Assembly: GCA_026396515.1 (NCBI GenBank)
Contig: JAPLWQ010000003.1
Span: 291,569-355,568, forward strand
From: Candidatus Magasanikiibacteriota bacterium
Lineage (GTDB): Bacteria > Patescibacteriota > Patescibacteriia > Magasanikbacterales > GWA2-37-8
Length of the DNA: 64,000 nt
Direction of reading: 5' to 3'
Shown: piece after piece, positions 9,953 through 19,459 of the stretch
How the letters are laid out: each line of letters opens with the position of its first letter
Position numbering within the stretch: position 1 is the stretch's first letter
Notes under the pieces: generated by a model
What the model was told of the DNA's origin: nothing
The model's database searches: none
What the model saw: the letters and a program-made list of their open reading frames with translations, nothing else
Position numbers and translations under genes: made by a program

Positions 9953-12163
9953 ATGAAAAAACTACTGACTACAATACTAACACTGGGCATACTACTCCCC
10001 TCTTCTTATGTTTTTGCCGAGGCTGAATTTAATCCGCATTTTATCATCTCCGATGAAGAGCTGCAAAAATGCGAAGAATGGTCAGTTCGCGATATTCAGT
10101 CATTTCTAGACAGTAAAGGAAGCTACCTGGCGAATTTTCGGGGTGAAGATGTAAGCGGTACGATAAAAACCGCGGCTGAAATAATATATGATTCAGCTAT
10201 TCGCAATCAAATTAGTGCGAAATTTTTGCTTGTTACTTTACAAAAAGAGCAGAGTCTAATTACCGACGACGCCCCAAGCCAAAAACAAATGGATTGGGCC
10301 ACGGGTTATGCTGTGTGTGATAGTTGCAGCTTGTCAGATCCCAAGGTTCTTAAATACAAAGGATTTGGCAAACAGGTTGACGGCGCCGCCGGAATAATGC
10401 GCTGGTATTATGATAACCGATTCACGAAAAGCTATATCAAGCAAATGAACACCGAAACAATTATCGACAGCCAACCGGTTACGCCACAAAGTTGGGCCAC
10501 CGCCTTCCTCTACACTTACACCCCCCATCTTCACGGTAATATGAATTTTTGGCGCATATGGAGCAACTGGTTCACCCAATTTTATCCTAATGGCACAATT
10601 GTTCAATCACCTTCCTCAACAGAATATTTTCTGATTGCCGACGGAAAAAAACGCCGCTTCAAAAGCATGACTTCTCTTATTACGCGCGCCGATCCAAAAA
10701 TGGCCGTTAGCATGTCTGAAGCGGATTTACGAAATTACTCAGACGGCCCGGATATCGCATTCCCTAATTATTCCATTTTAAAAACATCTTCCGCTACATA
10801 CCTTGTTGACTATGATTTCATCCGCCCATTTGCCTCCGATGAGGTAGTGCGAATGCTCGGTTATAACCCGCAGGAAATAATTGAGGTGTCAGATAACGAT
10901 TTGGTCGGCTATGTTCTTGGTTCCACTATAACCGCTTCCACCACGGCGCCCCAAGGCGTGGTTTATCAGATAACCGATCTGGGCAATTCATATTATTTAC
11001 TGAAAGATAACATTCTTTACCCCATTGTCGATGCCGATCTGATAAAAACAAATTTTGCCGGAATCACTGTGGAAAAAAAGACAAAAAAGGATATTACGAA
11101 ATATAGCACCGCAAATGAACCGCTAAAATTCGCCGATGGCTCGCTGATAAAAATTAAGGATACCAACCGTTTATATGTTATTGAGAAAGGCAAGAAACGG
11201 CGAATTTCCGATGAAGAAACATTTTCGGCTATGGGTTATAAGAAAGAAAATTTGGTTCAAATAGATTTGGTTTACGCGCTAGCCATTCCCGACGGCGATC
11301 AGGTATATGTAAATAATGCTCTGGCTTCTTCCAAGAGTAAGTTTTTAGGCGATAATGAAGCACCGGTTGAGGATTTATTTAAAACAAAAGTACCGGCTTA
11401 TTTGGTGGCCGAGTATCCTAGTGGAAAAATTATTTCGGGAAAAAGCATTGATCAAAAACGTTCTATTGCATCTCTGACTAAACTTCTCACCACCTATGAG
11501 GCGGTTAATCAGGATTTCAACATTAAAAAATCCATAACTTATTCGGCTAGCAAGCATTCCAGCTATGGCAATCCTCTTAGCCTTATTAACGGAGAAAAAT
11601 TAAATAATATCGATATTCTCTACTCCACACTAGTATCCTCGGTAAATAATGCGGCAAGAATGCTGGCGGAAGCCAGCGGTTTATCGGAAAAAAGACTTAT
11701 TGAAGAAATTGATAAACGGCTCGAAAATTGGGGGGCTGATAATACTAAAATTACGGATGTCACCGGTTTGGACAAAAATAATGAATCCACTCCGCGTGAT
11801 ATGTTAAAAATTTTCGTGAAAGTACTTGGAAACAATACAATTAAAACCGCTCTGAGCGAAACTGAATATACTTTTAAAGAACTGCTGAGTAAAAATAAGG
11901 TCGCAACTCACAACATAAAAAATACCAATCAGCTGATGTTTAACTCAAAAAAACCCTACAGAATTTTGGCGTCAAAAACCGGTTTTACCGATGAGGCCGG
12001 GTCTGTTCTCGCTATGCTTATTGAATCAAAAACTTCAAAAAAACAATATATTATTCTGACTATGGGCAACACAGATTATACTAATCGCTTCGTTGAGCCA
12101 AATCGTCTGGCTGAATGGGCCATTTCTTCTGCATCAACCGCATCAATCGCCGGCGTAAAATAG
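9953..12163 (+). CDS. Secreted multidomain protein with C-terminal D-Ala-D-Ala carboxypeptidase (peptidase S11)
   Basis: Signal peptide; N-terminal domain (LQKEQSL...YTYTPH); about four ~60-aa repeats; C-terminal SLTK / SVN / KTG penicillin-binding-protein motifs. Confidence 0.8.
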   Translation: MKKLLTTILTLGILLPSSYVFAEAEFNPHFIISDEELQKCEEWSVRDIQSFLDSKGSYLANFRGEDVSGTIKTAAEIIYDSAIRNQISAKFLLVTLQKEQSLITDDAPSQKQMDWATGYAVCDSCSLSDPKVLKYKGFGKQVDGAAGIMRWYYDNRFTKSYIKQMNTETIIDSQPVTPQSWATAFLYTYTPHLHGNMNFWRIWSNWFTQFYPNGTIVQSPSSTEYFLIADGKKRRFKSMTSLITRADPKMAVSMSEADLRNYSDGPDIAFPNYSILKTSSATYLVDYDFIRPFASDEVVRMLGYNPQEIIEVSDNDLVGYVLGSTITASTTAPQGVVYQITDLGNSYYLLKDNILYPIVDADLIKTNFAGITVEKKTKKDITKYSTANEPLKFADGSLIKIKDTNRLYVIEKGKKRRISDEETFSAMGYKKENLVQIDLVYALAIPDGDQVYVNNALASSKSKFLGDNEAPVEDLFKTKVPAYLVAEYPSGKIISGKSIDQKRSIASLTKLLTTYEAVNQDFNIKKSITYSASKHSSYGNPLSLINGEKLNNIDILYSTLVSSVNNAARMLAEASGLSEKRLIEEIDKRLENWGADNTKITDVTGLDKNNESTPRDMLKIFVKVLGNNTIKTALSETEYTFKELLSKNKVATHNIKNTNQLMFNSKKPYRILASKTGFTDEAGSVLAMLIESKTSKKQYIILTMGNTDYTNRFVEPNRLAEWAISSASTASIAGVK

Positions 12164-12171
12164 CTTATCTT

Positions 12172-12963
12172 ATGTCTTTAGTATTTGCGGCCATTACCCC
12201 TCATCCTCCCCTGCTAATTCCAAGCATTGGAAAAGACGAGCTGCGCAAGGTGGCCAAAACCAAACAAGCAATGGATGACCTTGAAGAGCAGCTTTACGCC
12301 GCTCACCCGGATGCTATAGTAATCATTTCTCCGCACGGAAGTTTTTTTCCGGACGTTTTTACTATTAATTATTGCACCGAATATTATTCCGACTTGAAAC
12401 AATTTGGCGATCTTTCGACCAAGTTGAAGTTTAGCGGCGACTTTGAGCTTGCTCATCGTTTGCGCGACGCTACAAAACGGGAACATTTACCCGCCACGAT
12501 GATTAGCGAAGAGAAATTGGATCATGGCGCTATCGTACCGCTTTACTATTTAACCAGGCATTTGCCAAACTGCAAAATAATTCAGCTGGGATTCTGCAAT
12601 CTTGATTATAAAACGCATTTGGAATTTGGGGCTTTACTAAAAGAGGAAATTTTTAAATTAAATAAACGCATCGCTGTTGTCGCCTCCGGAGACATGTCCC
12701 ACGCGCTATCCAATGACGCGCCGGCCGGATTTAACAAGCACGGACAGGAATTTGACGCTAAAATGCGGGAACTCTTAATGGCAAAAAATCTTGCCGGTAT
12801 TCTGAAGATGGATGCAGGTTTTGTGGAGCAGGCGGCCGAATGCGGTCTCAGGTCAATATTGATCCTGCTCGGAATGCTGCAAAATATACGCTATGATTAT
12901 CGTGAGTTGTCATACGAGGGTCCGTTTGGCGTGGGATACCTGACTTCACAATTTATTTTCTGA
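12172..12963 (+). CDS. MEMO1/LigB-like protein (AmmeMemoRadiSam system protein B-like)
   Basis: PHPP, ISPH, LDHG..VPL, ASGDMSH, ECG, SYEGPFGVGY. ATG at 12172. Confidence 0.85.
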   Translation: MSLVFAAITPHPPLLIPSIGKDELRKVAKTKQAMDDLEEQLYAAHPDAIVIISPHGSFFPDVFTINYCTEYYSDLKQFGDLSTKLKFSGDFELAHRLRDATKREHLPATMISEEKLDHGAIVPLYYLTRHLPNCKIIQLGFCNLDYKTHLEFGALLKEEIFKLNKRIAVVASGDMSHALSNDAPAGFNKHGQEFDAKMRELLMAKNLAGILKMDAGFVEQAAECGLRSILILLGMLQNIRYDYRELSYEGPFGVGYLTSQFIF

Positions 12964-12964
12964 T

Positions 12965-14839
12965 ATGATTGCCGAAATAGTGCCAATAACCAGGCTTCCG
13001 CTCAACCTGCCCTTTCTTGACTATACAATTCCCATAAATTTCAGGGGTGTCATTATTCCAGGACAGCTTGTCACAATACCTTTTAGGAAGAAAACCGCTT
13101 TCGGTATTGTTTTATCACTGCGCGAAGAATCAAATATTGCGAATGCTAAACTGAAGGAAATTTCTTCTCTTGTTTCAACCGAGCCTTTTATCTCGGAAAA
13201 TTTAATCAACTTTAACAGGGAAATCGCGGATTTTTACCGAGCATCGCTCGGTTTTGTTTTAAAATCAGCCCTGCTTCCTTTACAAAAAAGAAAAATTTTA
13301 AAAGCAGCTGAAGCGCTTGTAAAAATGCCTGCTCAAAAAATTCAAACTCCTCAGAAACCGACCTTTATCGCCTATAATTCCAAAGAAGAACTTGCTAAAA
13401 ACATCGAAAAAATTTGTACGAGCAGCGGCCAACGATTAATACTCGTACCTGAAACATATCAAATTGCACAAATTCTGGAGCTTGCAGCAGGAGCAACAAA
13501 GGATGAACCGATTATTATATCGGGCGATATGGGGGAAAAAGAGTATTTTGAAAAGTGGCTTCGCGTACGCAATGAAGCAGATACATTAGTAATTGGCACA
13601 AGAAAAGCACTGTGGCTTCCCTGGATAAATTTGTCGGAGATTGCAGTAGAAGACGAGGGTAACAGCGCCTATAAAAGCTGGGATATGGCTCCGCGTTATC
13701 ATGCGCGAGAGGCGGCCATAATGCTGGCTAAATATACGGGCTCAAAAATTTTTCTTATGTCTGCCGCGCCATCGGTGGAAAGCTATTATTTTACGCAAAA
13801 TAAAATATATGACGGTTTTACCGCGCTTAAAAAAATCTCTTCTCCTTCACCAATTTTTTGTGATGTTCGTTCAGAATCAAAAGGCGGCAACAAACTTCCC
13901 ATCTGCGAAGAAATTATAGCACGATTAAAAAATTTGAACTCTTTAGCTTTTATTTTAGTGAACCGCAGAGGAACGGCCGGCACTGTACTATGCCGGGACT
14001 GCGGCTTAATTTTTAAATGCGAACAGTGCGGCCGACCCAATGCGTTCTATAAAAAAGACAACTTAATTTCATGCCATTTTTGCGGTATAAAACGCCCTCT
14101 GCCCTTAACCTGCCCATCGTGTAATGGAGCAAATTTCCATCTTTGCGGGATCGGCACGCAAGGTATGGCTGAGGCGGTAAAAAGTATTGTAAAAAAAGAC
14201 ACTGACGTTATTGTAATCGATTCGGAAAATACCGCCGACTTGTCAAAATTGTCTGAAATAAAAAATGGAGTAATAATCGGTACGGAATATGCCTGGCCCT
14301 ATATTGACTGGGTGAAAACTGAGACCATAATATTGGCTGACGCCGAGTCCTCTCTAATTTCAGCTGAGTTCAAAGCCACGGAAGATTTATGGCAAACCAT
14401 CCGACGAATTCAGCTTAAGGCCCGCACTGAAGCCGCTTTTTATATTCAAACATCAACCATCGATCATCCCGTCTTTTCCGGTATTTATGAACCGGCAAAA
14501 TTTTACGAAACAGTATTGCGGGAGAGGAAATTATTCGGTTATCCTCCTTACAATTATATAATTCGCCTTTATCTAGGGTCGCCTTTTATGCAGGCGGGTG
14601 AGAAAGAAGCTGCCTCAACTGCGGCGACGCTCATCAGCTTGACTAAAAAGTATCCTGATGTTAAGATATTGGGTCCAATTAGCGCTTTTCCACCTTTTTA
14701 TCGAGCCCGCTACTGGCAGGTAATAATAGTAAAATTGAGCTATTCAAATTACAAAAAGAGGGCAAAAGAACTGCTTTCGTCGGTTTCAAATGAATGGAAA
14801 ATTGACCCGAATCCAAATAATCTAATTTCAATCGCCTAA
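12965..14839 (+). CDS. priA: Primosomal protein N' (PriA), helicase motifs degenerate
   Basis: 3'-DNA-binding N-domain (LDY...GQLVTIPF), LILVPE, IGTR, SAAPS.ES, eight-Cys zinc region, ILGP C-terminal domain; sits upstream of def-fmt. Confidence 0.88.
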   Translation: MIAEIVPITRLPLNLPFLDYTIPINFRGVIIPGQLVTIPFRKKTAFGIVLSLREESNIANAKLKEISSLVSTEPFISENLINFNREIADFYRASLGFVLKSALLPLQKRKILKAAEALVKMPAQKIQTPQKPTFIAYNSKEELAKNIEKICTSSGQRLILVPETYQIAQILELAAGATKDEPIIISGDMGEKEYFEKWLRVRNEADTLVIGTRKALWLPWINLSEIAVEDEGNSAYKSWDMAPRYHAREAAIMLAKYTGSKIFLMSAAPSVESYYFTQNKIYDGFTALKKISSPSPIFCDVRSESKGGNKLPICEEIIARLKNLNSLAFILVNRRGTAGTVLCRDCGLIFKCEQCGRPNAFYKKDNLISCHFCGIKRPLPLTCPSCNGANFHLCGIGTQGMAEAVKSIVKKDTDVIVIDSENTADLSKLSEIKNGVIIGTEYAWPYIDWVKTETIILADAESSLISAEFKATEDLWQTIRRIQLKARTEAAFYIQTSTIDHPVFSGIYEPAKFYETVLRERKLFGYPPYNYIIRLYLGSPFMQAGEKEAASTAATLISLTKKYPDVKILGPISAFPPFYRARYWQVIIVKLSYSNYKKRAKELLSSVSNEWKIDPNPNNLISIA

Positions 14840-14843
14840 AGCT

Positions 14844-15332
14844 ATGGTGCTAAATATTTTAACCGATCCAAATCCTATTTTACGAACTCCCGGCCGGGAA
14901 GTAACGGCGGCTGATTTGTCGGACAAAAATTTCAAAATATTTGTTAACGATCTCAAAGAAACGATGCGCGGACGAGACGGGGTCGGTATAGCCGCCCCAC
15001 AGGTTGGACAATCAATAAAAGTTTGCATTATCGCCAAAGAATACGCCGGGGATAATATGGACGACTTGATTTTGGTAAATCCGGTCTGGGAAAAAAAATC
15101 GATAAAACGCTTTTGGGGCGAAGAGGGATGTCTGTCTGTGCCTGAAATATTTGGGAAAGTAAAGCGTTATAAAAAAATTTCAATTAGTGCGATGAATTTA
15201 TCAGGCAAGCCAATCAAGATAGAGGCCGAGGATTTTTTCGCCAGAATTGTACAGCATGAAATAGACCATCTAAACGGTATATTGTTTATTGATAAAGCAA
15301 AAGACTTGTATCGTGAGGATAAAAAATTATGA
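14844..15332 (+). CDS. def: Peptide deformylase
   Basis: GVGIAAPQVG, EGCLS, QHEIDHLNG. Confidence 0.97.
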   Translation: MVLNILTDPNPILRTPGREVTAADLSDKNFKIFVNDLKETMRGRDGVGIAAPQVGQSIKVCIIAKEYAGDNMDDLILVNPVWEKKSIKRFWGEEGCLSVPEIFGKVKRYKKISISAMNLSGKPIKIEAEDFFARIVQHEIDHLNGILFIDKAKDLYREDKKL

Positions 15333-16252
15333 TCAAAGTAGTCTTTTACGGAACTGATAATTTTGCAAAAACGATACTAAATAATATTTGTAAATCCGCT
15401 GATTTTAAGATTCTGTGTGTTATTACACGCCCGGATAAACCATCAGGAAGAAATAGGGAAGTTGTTTCTTCACCGGTTAAAATTTTGGCGGAAAAAAATC
15501 ATTTGGAAATTTGTCAACCCGAAATCCTTAAGGAATTTGATTTAGACCATTTACATAATGCCGACTTGGCAATTGTGGCTGAATACGGATTAATTATCCC
15601 CGAACGGCTTCTGAATTTTCCCAAATTTGGAACTGTCAATCTGCATGGCTCAATATTGCCGAAATACCGAGGCGCATCCCCTATTCAAACAGCTATTTTA
15701 AACGGTGATTCCGTAACCGGAGTTACACTAATGCTGATGGATAAAAAAATGGACCACGGGCCGATCATTTCCGGTATTCAAACTCCTATTGATCAAGACG
15801 AACTATTTACTTCCCTGTATTTACGCCTGTCTAACCTTGCTTCTGAACTTTTTTTGAAGGATATAGTAAGGTATTTAAATGGAGAAATTAAACCGATAGC
15901 TCAAGATGATTCTTTGGCCACATATTGCAAAATACTTAGTCGGGACGATGGCAAGATTGATTTTTCAAAAAATGCAATAACGATTTATAATCAATACCGC
16001 GCTTTTACTCCTTGGCCCGGCGTATGGGCTATGAATAATAAAAGACGAATCAAATTTGATGAGATAAGTATCGCCCAAATAAGCTATCTTTCCGAGGGCT
16101 TTGTGAATTCAAAGGAAAATAGAATATTTATCGGCTGCGGCCAAAATAGCGCCATTGAAATAAAAAGTTTGCAAATCGAGGGAAAGAAAATGCTTCCTGC
16201 TGTTGATTTTCTGCGAGGTGAAAGAGATTTTGGCTCGGCGAGGCTCAACTAA
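15329..16252 (+). CDS. fmt: Methionyl-tRNA formyltransferase
   Basis: VFYGT..F, NLHGSILPKYRGASPIQ, MDHGPI, RAFTPWPG. Confidence 0.96.
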   Translation: MIKVVFYGTDNFAKTILNNICKSADFKILCVITRPDKPSGRNREVVSSPVKILAEKNHLEICQPEILKEFDLDHLHNADLAIVAEYGLIIPERLLNFPKFGTVNLHGSILPKYRGASPIQTAILNGDSVTGVTLMLMDKKMDHGPIISGIQTPIDQDELFTSLYLRLSNLASELFLKDIVRYLNGEIKPIAQDDSLATYCKILSRDDGKIDFSKNAITIYNQYRAFTPWPGVWAMNNKRRIKFDEISIAQISYLSEGFVNSKENRIFIGCGQNSAIEIKSLQIEGKKMLPAVDFLRGERDFGSARLN

Positions 16253-16258
16253 TCACTT

Positions 16259-17737
16259 ATGATGAATCGAAAACAATTTTTTTTCTTTTTTTCGATATAT
16301 TTTCTAATCAGGGTTTTTTCTTTTTATTTTAATCCGCCGACTCCCCTGCTGCATGGTTCAACGATTAATACGGCCTTATCGCTTATCATTTTAGGTTTGG
16401 CTTCATATTGGATGATAAAAGGCGACTTGCGCGGATGGCTAATTGTTGCCGCAGAAATAGTCTTTTGCGGCAGCGGAAATATTTTATCAATTTTTAGCGT
16501 GTCTTTACGTACCGCGCTTTTAGCCGCGTCTTTATCAATATATTTTGTTCGTGCATGGAGAAAGGACAAGCTCAACTCTATAATCCGTTTCAAGCTGCCA
16601 AATATACTTATTTTTTTATTAATCGACTGGGCCGCTATCGCTGCGGTTATCGGCGCATGGCACGGACATCAAATTTCTCTGATATTTTCCGATTTCATCC
16701 CCTATTTATTTTTTCTCTACTATTTTCCCTTAGTTGCATTGCTCAAAAGCGACAAATTTAAAGCCATTTGCTTTAACATGCTTATAGCGGCGATTGTTGC
16801 TAACGCATTTTTTGTTATTTGTTCGTTCATCGCATTTTATACCGGACAATCTGTTTTGCAGGACGGCTACTATCATTGGTTCAGAGATGTGGCTCAGGGG
16901 AAAATCACTGTGCTTGGCTACAACTTTTTTCGTATTGTTTTAAATGAGCACCTGGTTCTTGTTCCAATTCTTTTATTTTTCGCCTATCGAAATATGCGGC
17001 GGCCGGACAGGATTAATGATTTATGCATTGTATCGTGTACCGCTCTACTTTCCCTGAATTTAACGCGAATTTATCTTCTGGCGTTACTGGCCGGTCTATT
17101 TATTCTATTTTCGAAAAAATACTTAAGACAGTGGCTATTAAATTCCTTCATTCTATTGTCCTGCATTTTTATTTTTTATACCGGCTTTTCTCTATTATCC
17201 AGCAAGGGGCAGAACCCGGGCTGGTCGTATTTCGGATTTCGCGCCTTTAGCATCGTCATGCCTGAAACAGAATTTAGTTCGCTTTCAAGGATGATTTTAC
17301 TGCCGCAGATATTGTATAAAATTCAGCTGGCTCCAATTTTCGGGCACGGACTCGGAGACACGGTCACGGTTCACAGCAACTATTTTAGCGGGTCAATCAT
17401 TACAACGCCACAGTTTGATTGGGGCTTTCTGGAAATTATTGACGAAACAGGCGCGATTGGTTTTATTTTATGGTTGGCCATAATTTTTTATATTTTAAGA
17501 GTCAGCAAAAAAAATATGGGCGATTTTCGCCCATTATATGCGTCAATTTTATCGGCTCTACTTATCATTAATATTACTTCTCCGGCGCTTTTCCATGTGC
17601 TGGGAATAATTACGCTTACGCTTCTTATGGCTCTAGGCCGTGCTTTTTCCGCACCACCGACCGGGACTCTTCAAAGCGAAGAACCTCTTTTGATTTCCAA
17701 CGAAGACGGAAAGCAAACTTTGGCATCCACCGGCTAA
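16259..17737 (+). CDS. O-antigen ligase/polymerase-like (Wzy_C) membrane protein
   Basis: About 12 TM segments; LTR motif and 'SSLSR...PIFGHGLG...E.GAIG' periplasmic-loop signature. Confidence 0.7.
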   Translation: MMNRKQFFFFFSIYFLIRVFSFYFNPPTPLLHGSTINTALSLIILGLASYWMIKGDLRGWLIVAAEIVFCGSGNILSIFSVSLRTALLAASLSIYFVRAWRKDKLNSIIRFKLPNILIFLLIDWAAIAAVIGAWHGHQISLIFSDFIPYLFFLYYFPLVALLKSDKFKAICFNMLIAAIVANAFFVICSFIAFYTGQSVLQDGYYHWFRDVAQGKITVLGYNFFRIVLNEHLVLVPILLFFAYRNMRRPDRINDLCIVSCTALLSLNLTRIYLLALLAGLFILFSKKYLRQWLLNSFILLSCIFIFYTGFSLLSSKGQNPGWSYFGFRAFSIVMPETEFSSLSRMILLPQILYKIQLAPIFGHGLGDTVTVHSNYFSGSIITTPQFDWGFLEIIDETGAIGFILWLAIIFYILRVSKKNMGDFRPLYASILSALLIINITSPALFHVLGIITLTLLMALGRAFSAPPTGTLQSEEPLLISNEDGKQTLASTG

Positions 17738-18341
17738 TACCGGAACGGCCAGCCACAATTTTTTTGTAAAGCAACTCCGGCAAACAAAGGCCGGTTTTAT
17801 TTTTTTCAAGCATAGTCAACCACATATCCCAATCCTGAAATCTATTTATTGTCTCATCAAATCCGGGGAAATCATTTCTTCTAATTAATGCGGTGACATC
17901 AATATAATTGTTGGATTTTAATTTAGCCGCGTCAAATATCATCGGCTTCATTATTTTCCACCCATACTTGAAGCCGCTGTAAACGTAGGAAACAGCAGGG
18001 TTTTTATCAAGAGCCAATTTCATTTTTTTTATCAGATCTTTATCGGCAATTGTGTCGGCATCAAAAAAAATTACATATTCGCCCTTAGAGAAGGCATACC
18101 CGCGGTTTCTTGCCGCCGGAGCACCTTTGTTTTCCTGCTCGACTACAAAAATATTGCATGCTCCAAATTTTTTATCCTGAAGAATACTATCAATAACATC
18201 CTTAAAATTATCAGTACTACCATCATTAACAATGATAATTTCTATCGGGGAATATGTCTGCCGGCGCAGTGAATCAAGCGAACGCCTAAGCATCTTGGCG
18301 TGATTATATACCGGCATTATTACACTGACTAACTCATTCAT
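17625..18341 (-). CDS. Glycosyltransferase family 2
   Basis: VSVIMPVYN, VNDGSTD, ARNRG, FFDAD, QDWD. Confidence 0.92.
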   Translation of the reverse strand: MNELVSVIMPVYNHAKMLRRSLDSLRRQTYSPIEIIIVNDGSTDNFKDVIDSILQDKKFGACNIFVVEQENKGAPAARNRGYAFSKGEYVIFFDADTIADKDLIKKMKLALDKNPAVSYVYSGFKYGWKIMKPMIFDAAKLKSNNYIDVTALIRRNDFPGFDETINRFQDWDMWLTMLEKNKTGLCLPELLYKKIVAGRSGISRWMPKFAFRLRWKSKEVLRFEESRSVVRKKHGLEP

Positions 18342-18346
18342 AATAT

Positions 18347-19459
18347 TTACTGAGTAATTTTTGCCGCCTGCTTTTCCCAGGTAAAATCCTGAAGCACCCG
18401 TTCTCTTCCGGCACGCCCCATCTGCCTGGCGTAATCACTTTTTAAAAGTAATTCCGCGACGGCAGAAACTACTTGTGTGTCCTGATAAGTATCAACCAGA
18501 AGCCCGGTTACCAAATTTTCAACCGCTTCATCAACACCGCCGACACTGCCGGCTACAACCGGCAGGCCGCAGGCGGCAGCTTCCATAAAAACCGTCCCCC
18601 ACCCTTCTTCGGCCGTTTCGTCCCGGTGGGTTAAAAGCACAAACAAATCGGCTAAATGGTAATAAAGCGGCAATAGTTCATTCTCAATTTGACCTAAAAA
18701 TCGCACCACATTTTGCAGGTTGTTTTTCTGCACCAAATCAATAATCTCCTGCTTCTTTTGCCCATCGCCTATAATAAGCCAGGCGGCATTTGGCACTCGC
18801 TTCAAAATTTGCGGCAATAGACGAATTAAATGGGGAAAACCCTTGCCCTCGGCCAAACGGGAAACTGTAATTATGACTTTTTTACCTTGAAGCGCCAGTT
18901 GAGCCTTTGTTTCCGCGATTATAGATTGATCTACTTCCGCTAAAAAATTGTCCCCCGGCGCCGGATAAACAACGGATACATTTTTCAGGTCGTCGATCCT
19001 TGAAAGCAGTTTATTTTTTAAAAAAATACTGCTGACAATAACTTTTTCCGCATATCGGCAAACCATCGATAATTTACGACGCTTCTTCTTTAAACCAACT
19101 TCCAGATCACTGCCGTGCATAAAAATATAATACGGCACTTTCATCGACTTCATAATTAGAAAACCGATATATCCGGCTGGCAAAACATGCTGTATCATCA
19201 GACGTCCAATTTTTTGCCTCTTTACAATTTTTCTAACCTGCCAGTACATCCTTATCCAGCGCGGCCAAAAAAACGAAAAATACGGCTTCATTCTAAATAC
19301 TCGCCAGCCATTTTTTCCGTCATAGAGCGCATCCCCTTTCATTTTTGGCGCGTATACAAATGTTTCCTGCGCTGGCAGGTGTGATGCTAAATTATTGACG
19401 TAAGATGCGATCCCGCCGACTTGCGGAGGGTATTCAAGCGTTATTATCAATGTTTTCAT
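18347..19459 (-). CDS. Glycosyltransferase family 4
   Basis: PP.VGGI, VSRL..GKG, EGWGTVFMEAAACGLPVV. Confidence 0.92.
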   Translation of the reverse strand: MKTLIITLEYPPQVGGIASYVNNLASHLPAQETFVYAPKMKGDALYDGKNGWRVFRMKPYFSFFWPRWIRMYWQVRKIVKRQKIGRLMIQHVLPAGYIGFLIMKSMKVPYYIFMHGSDLEVGLKKKRRKLSMVCRYAEKVIVSSIFLKNKLLSRIDDLKNVSVVYPAPGDNFLAEVDQSIIAETKAQLALQGKKVIITVSRLAEGKGFPHLIRLLPQILKRVPNAAWLIIGDGQKKQEIIDLVQKNNLQNVVRFLGQIENELLPLYYHLADLFVLLTHRDETAEEGWGTVFMEAAACGLPVVAGSVGGVDEAVENLVTGLLVDTYQDTQVVSAVAELLLKSDYARQMGRAGRERVLQDFTWEKQAAKITQ

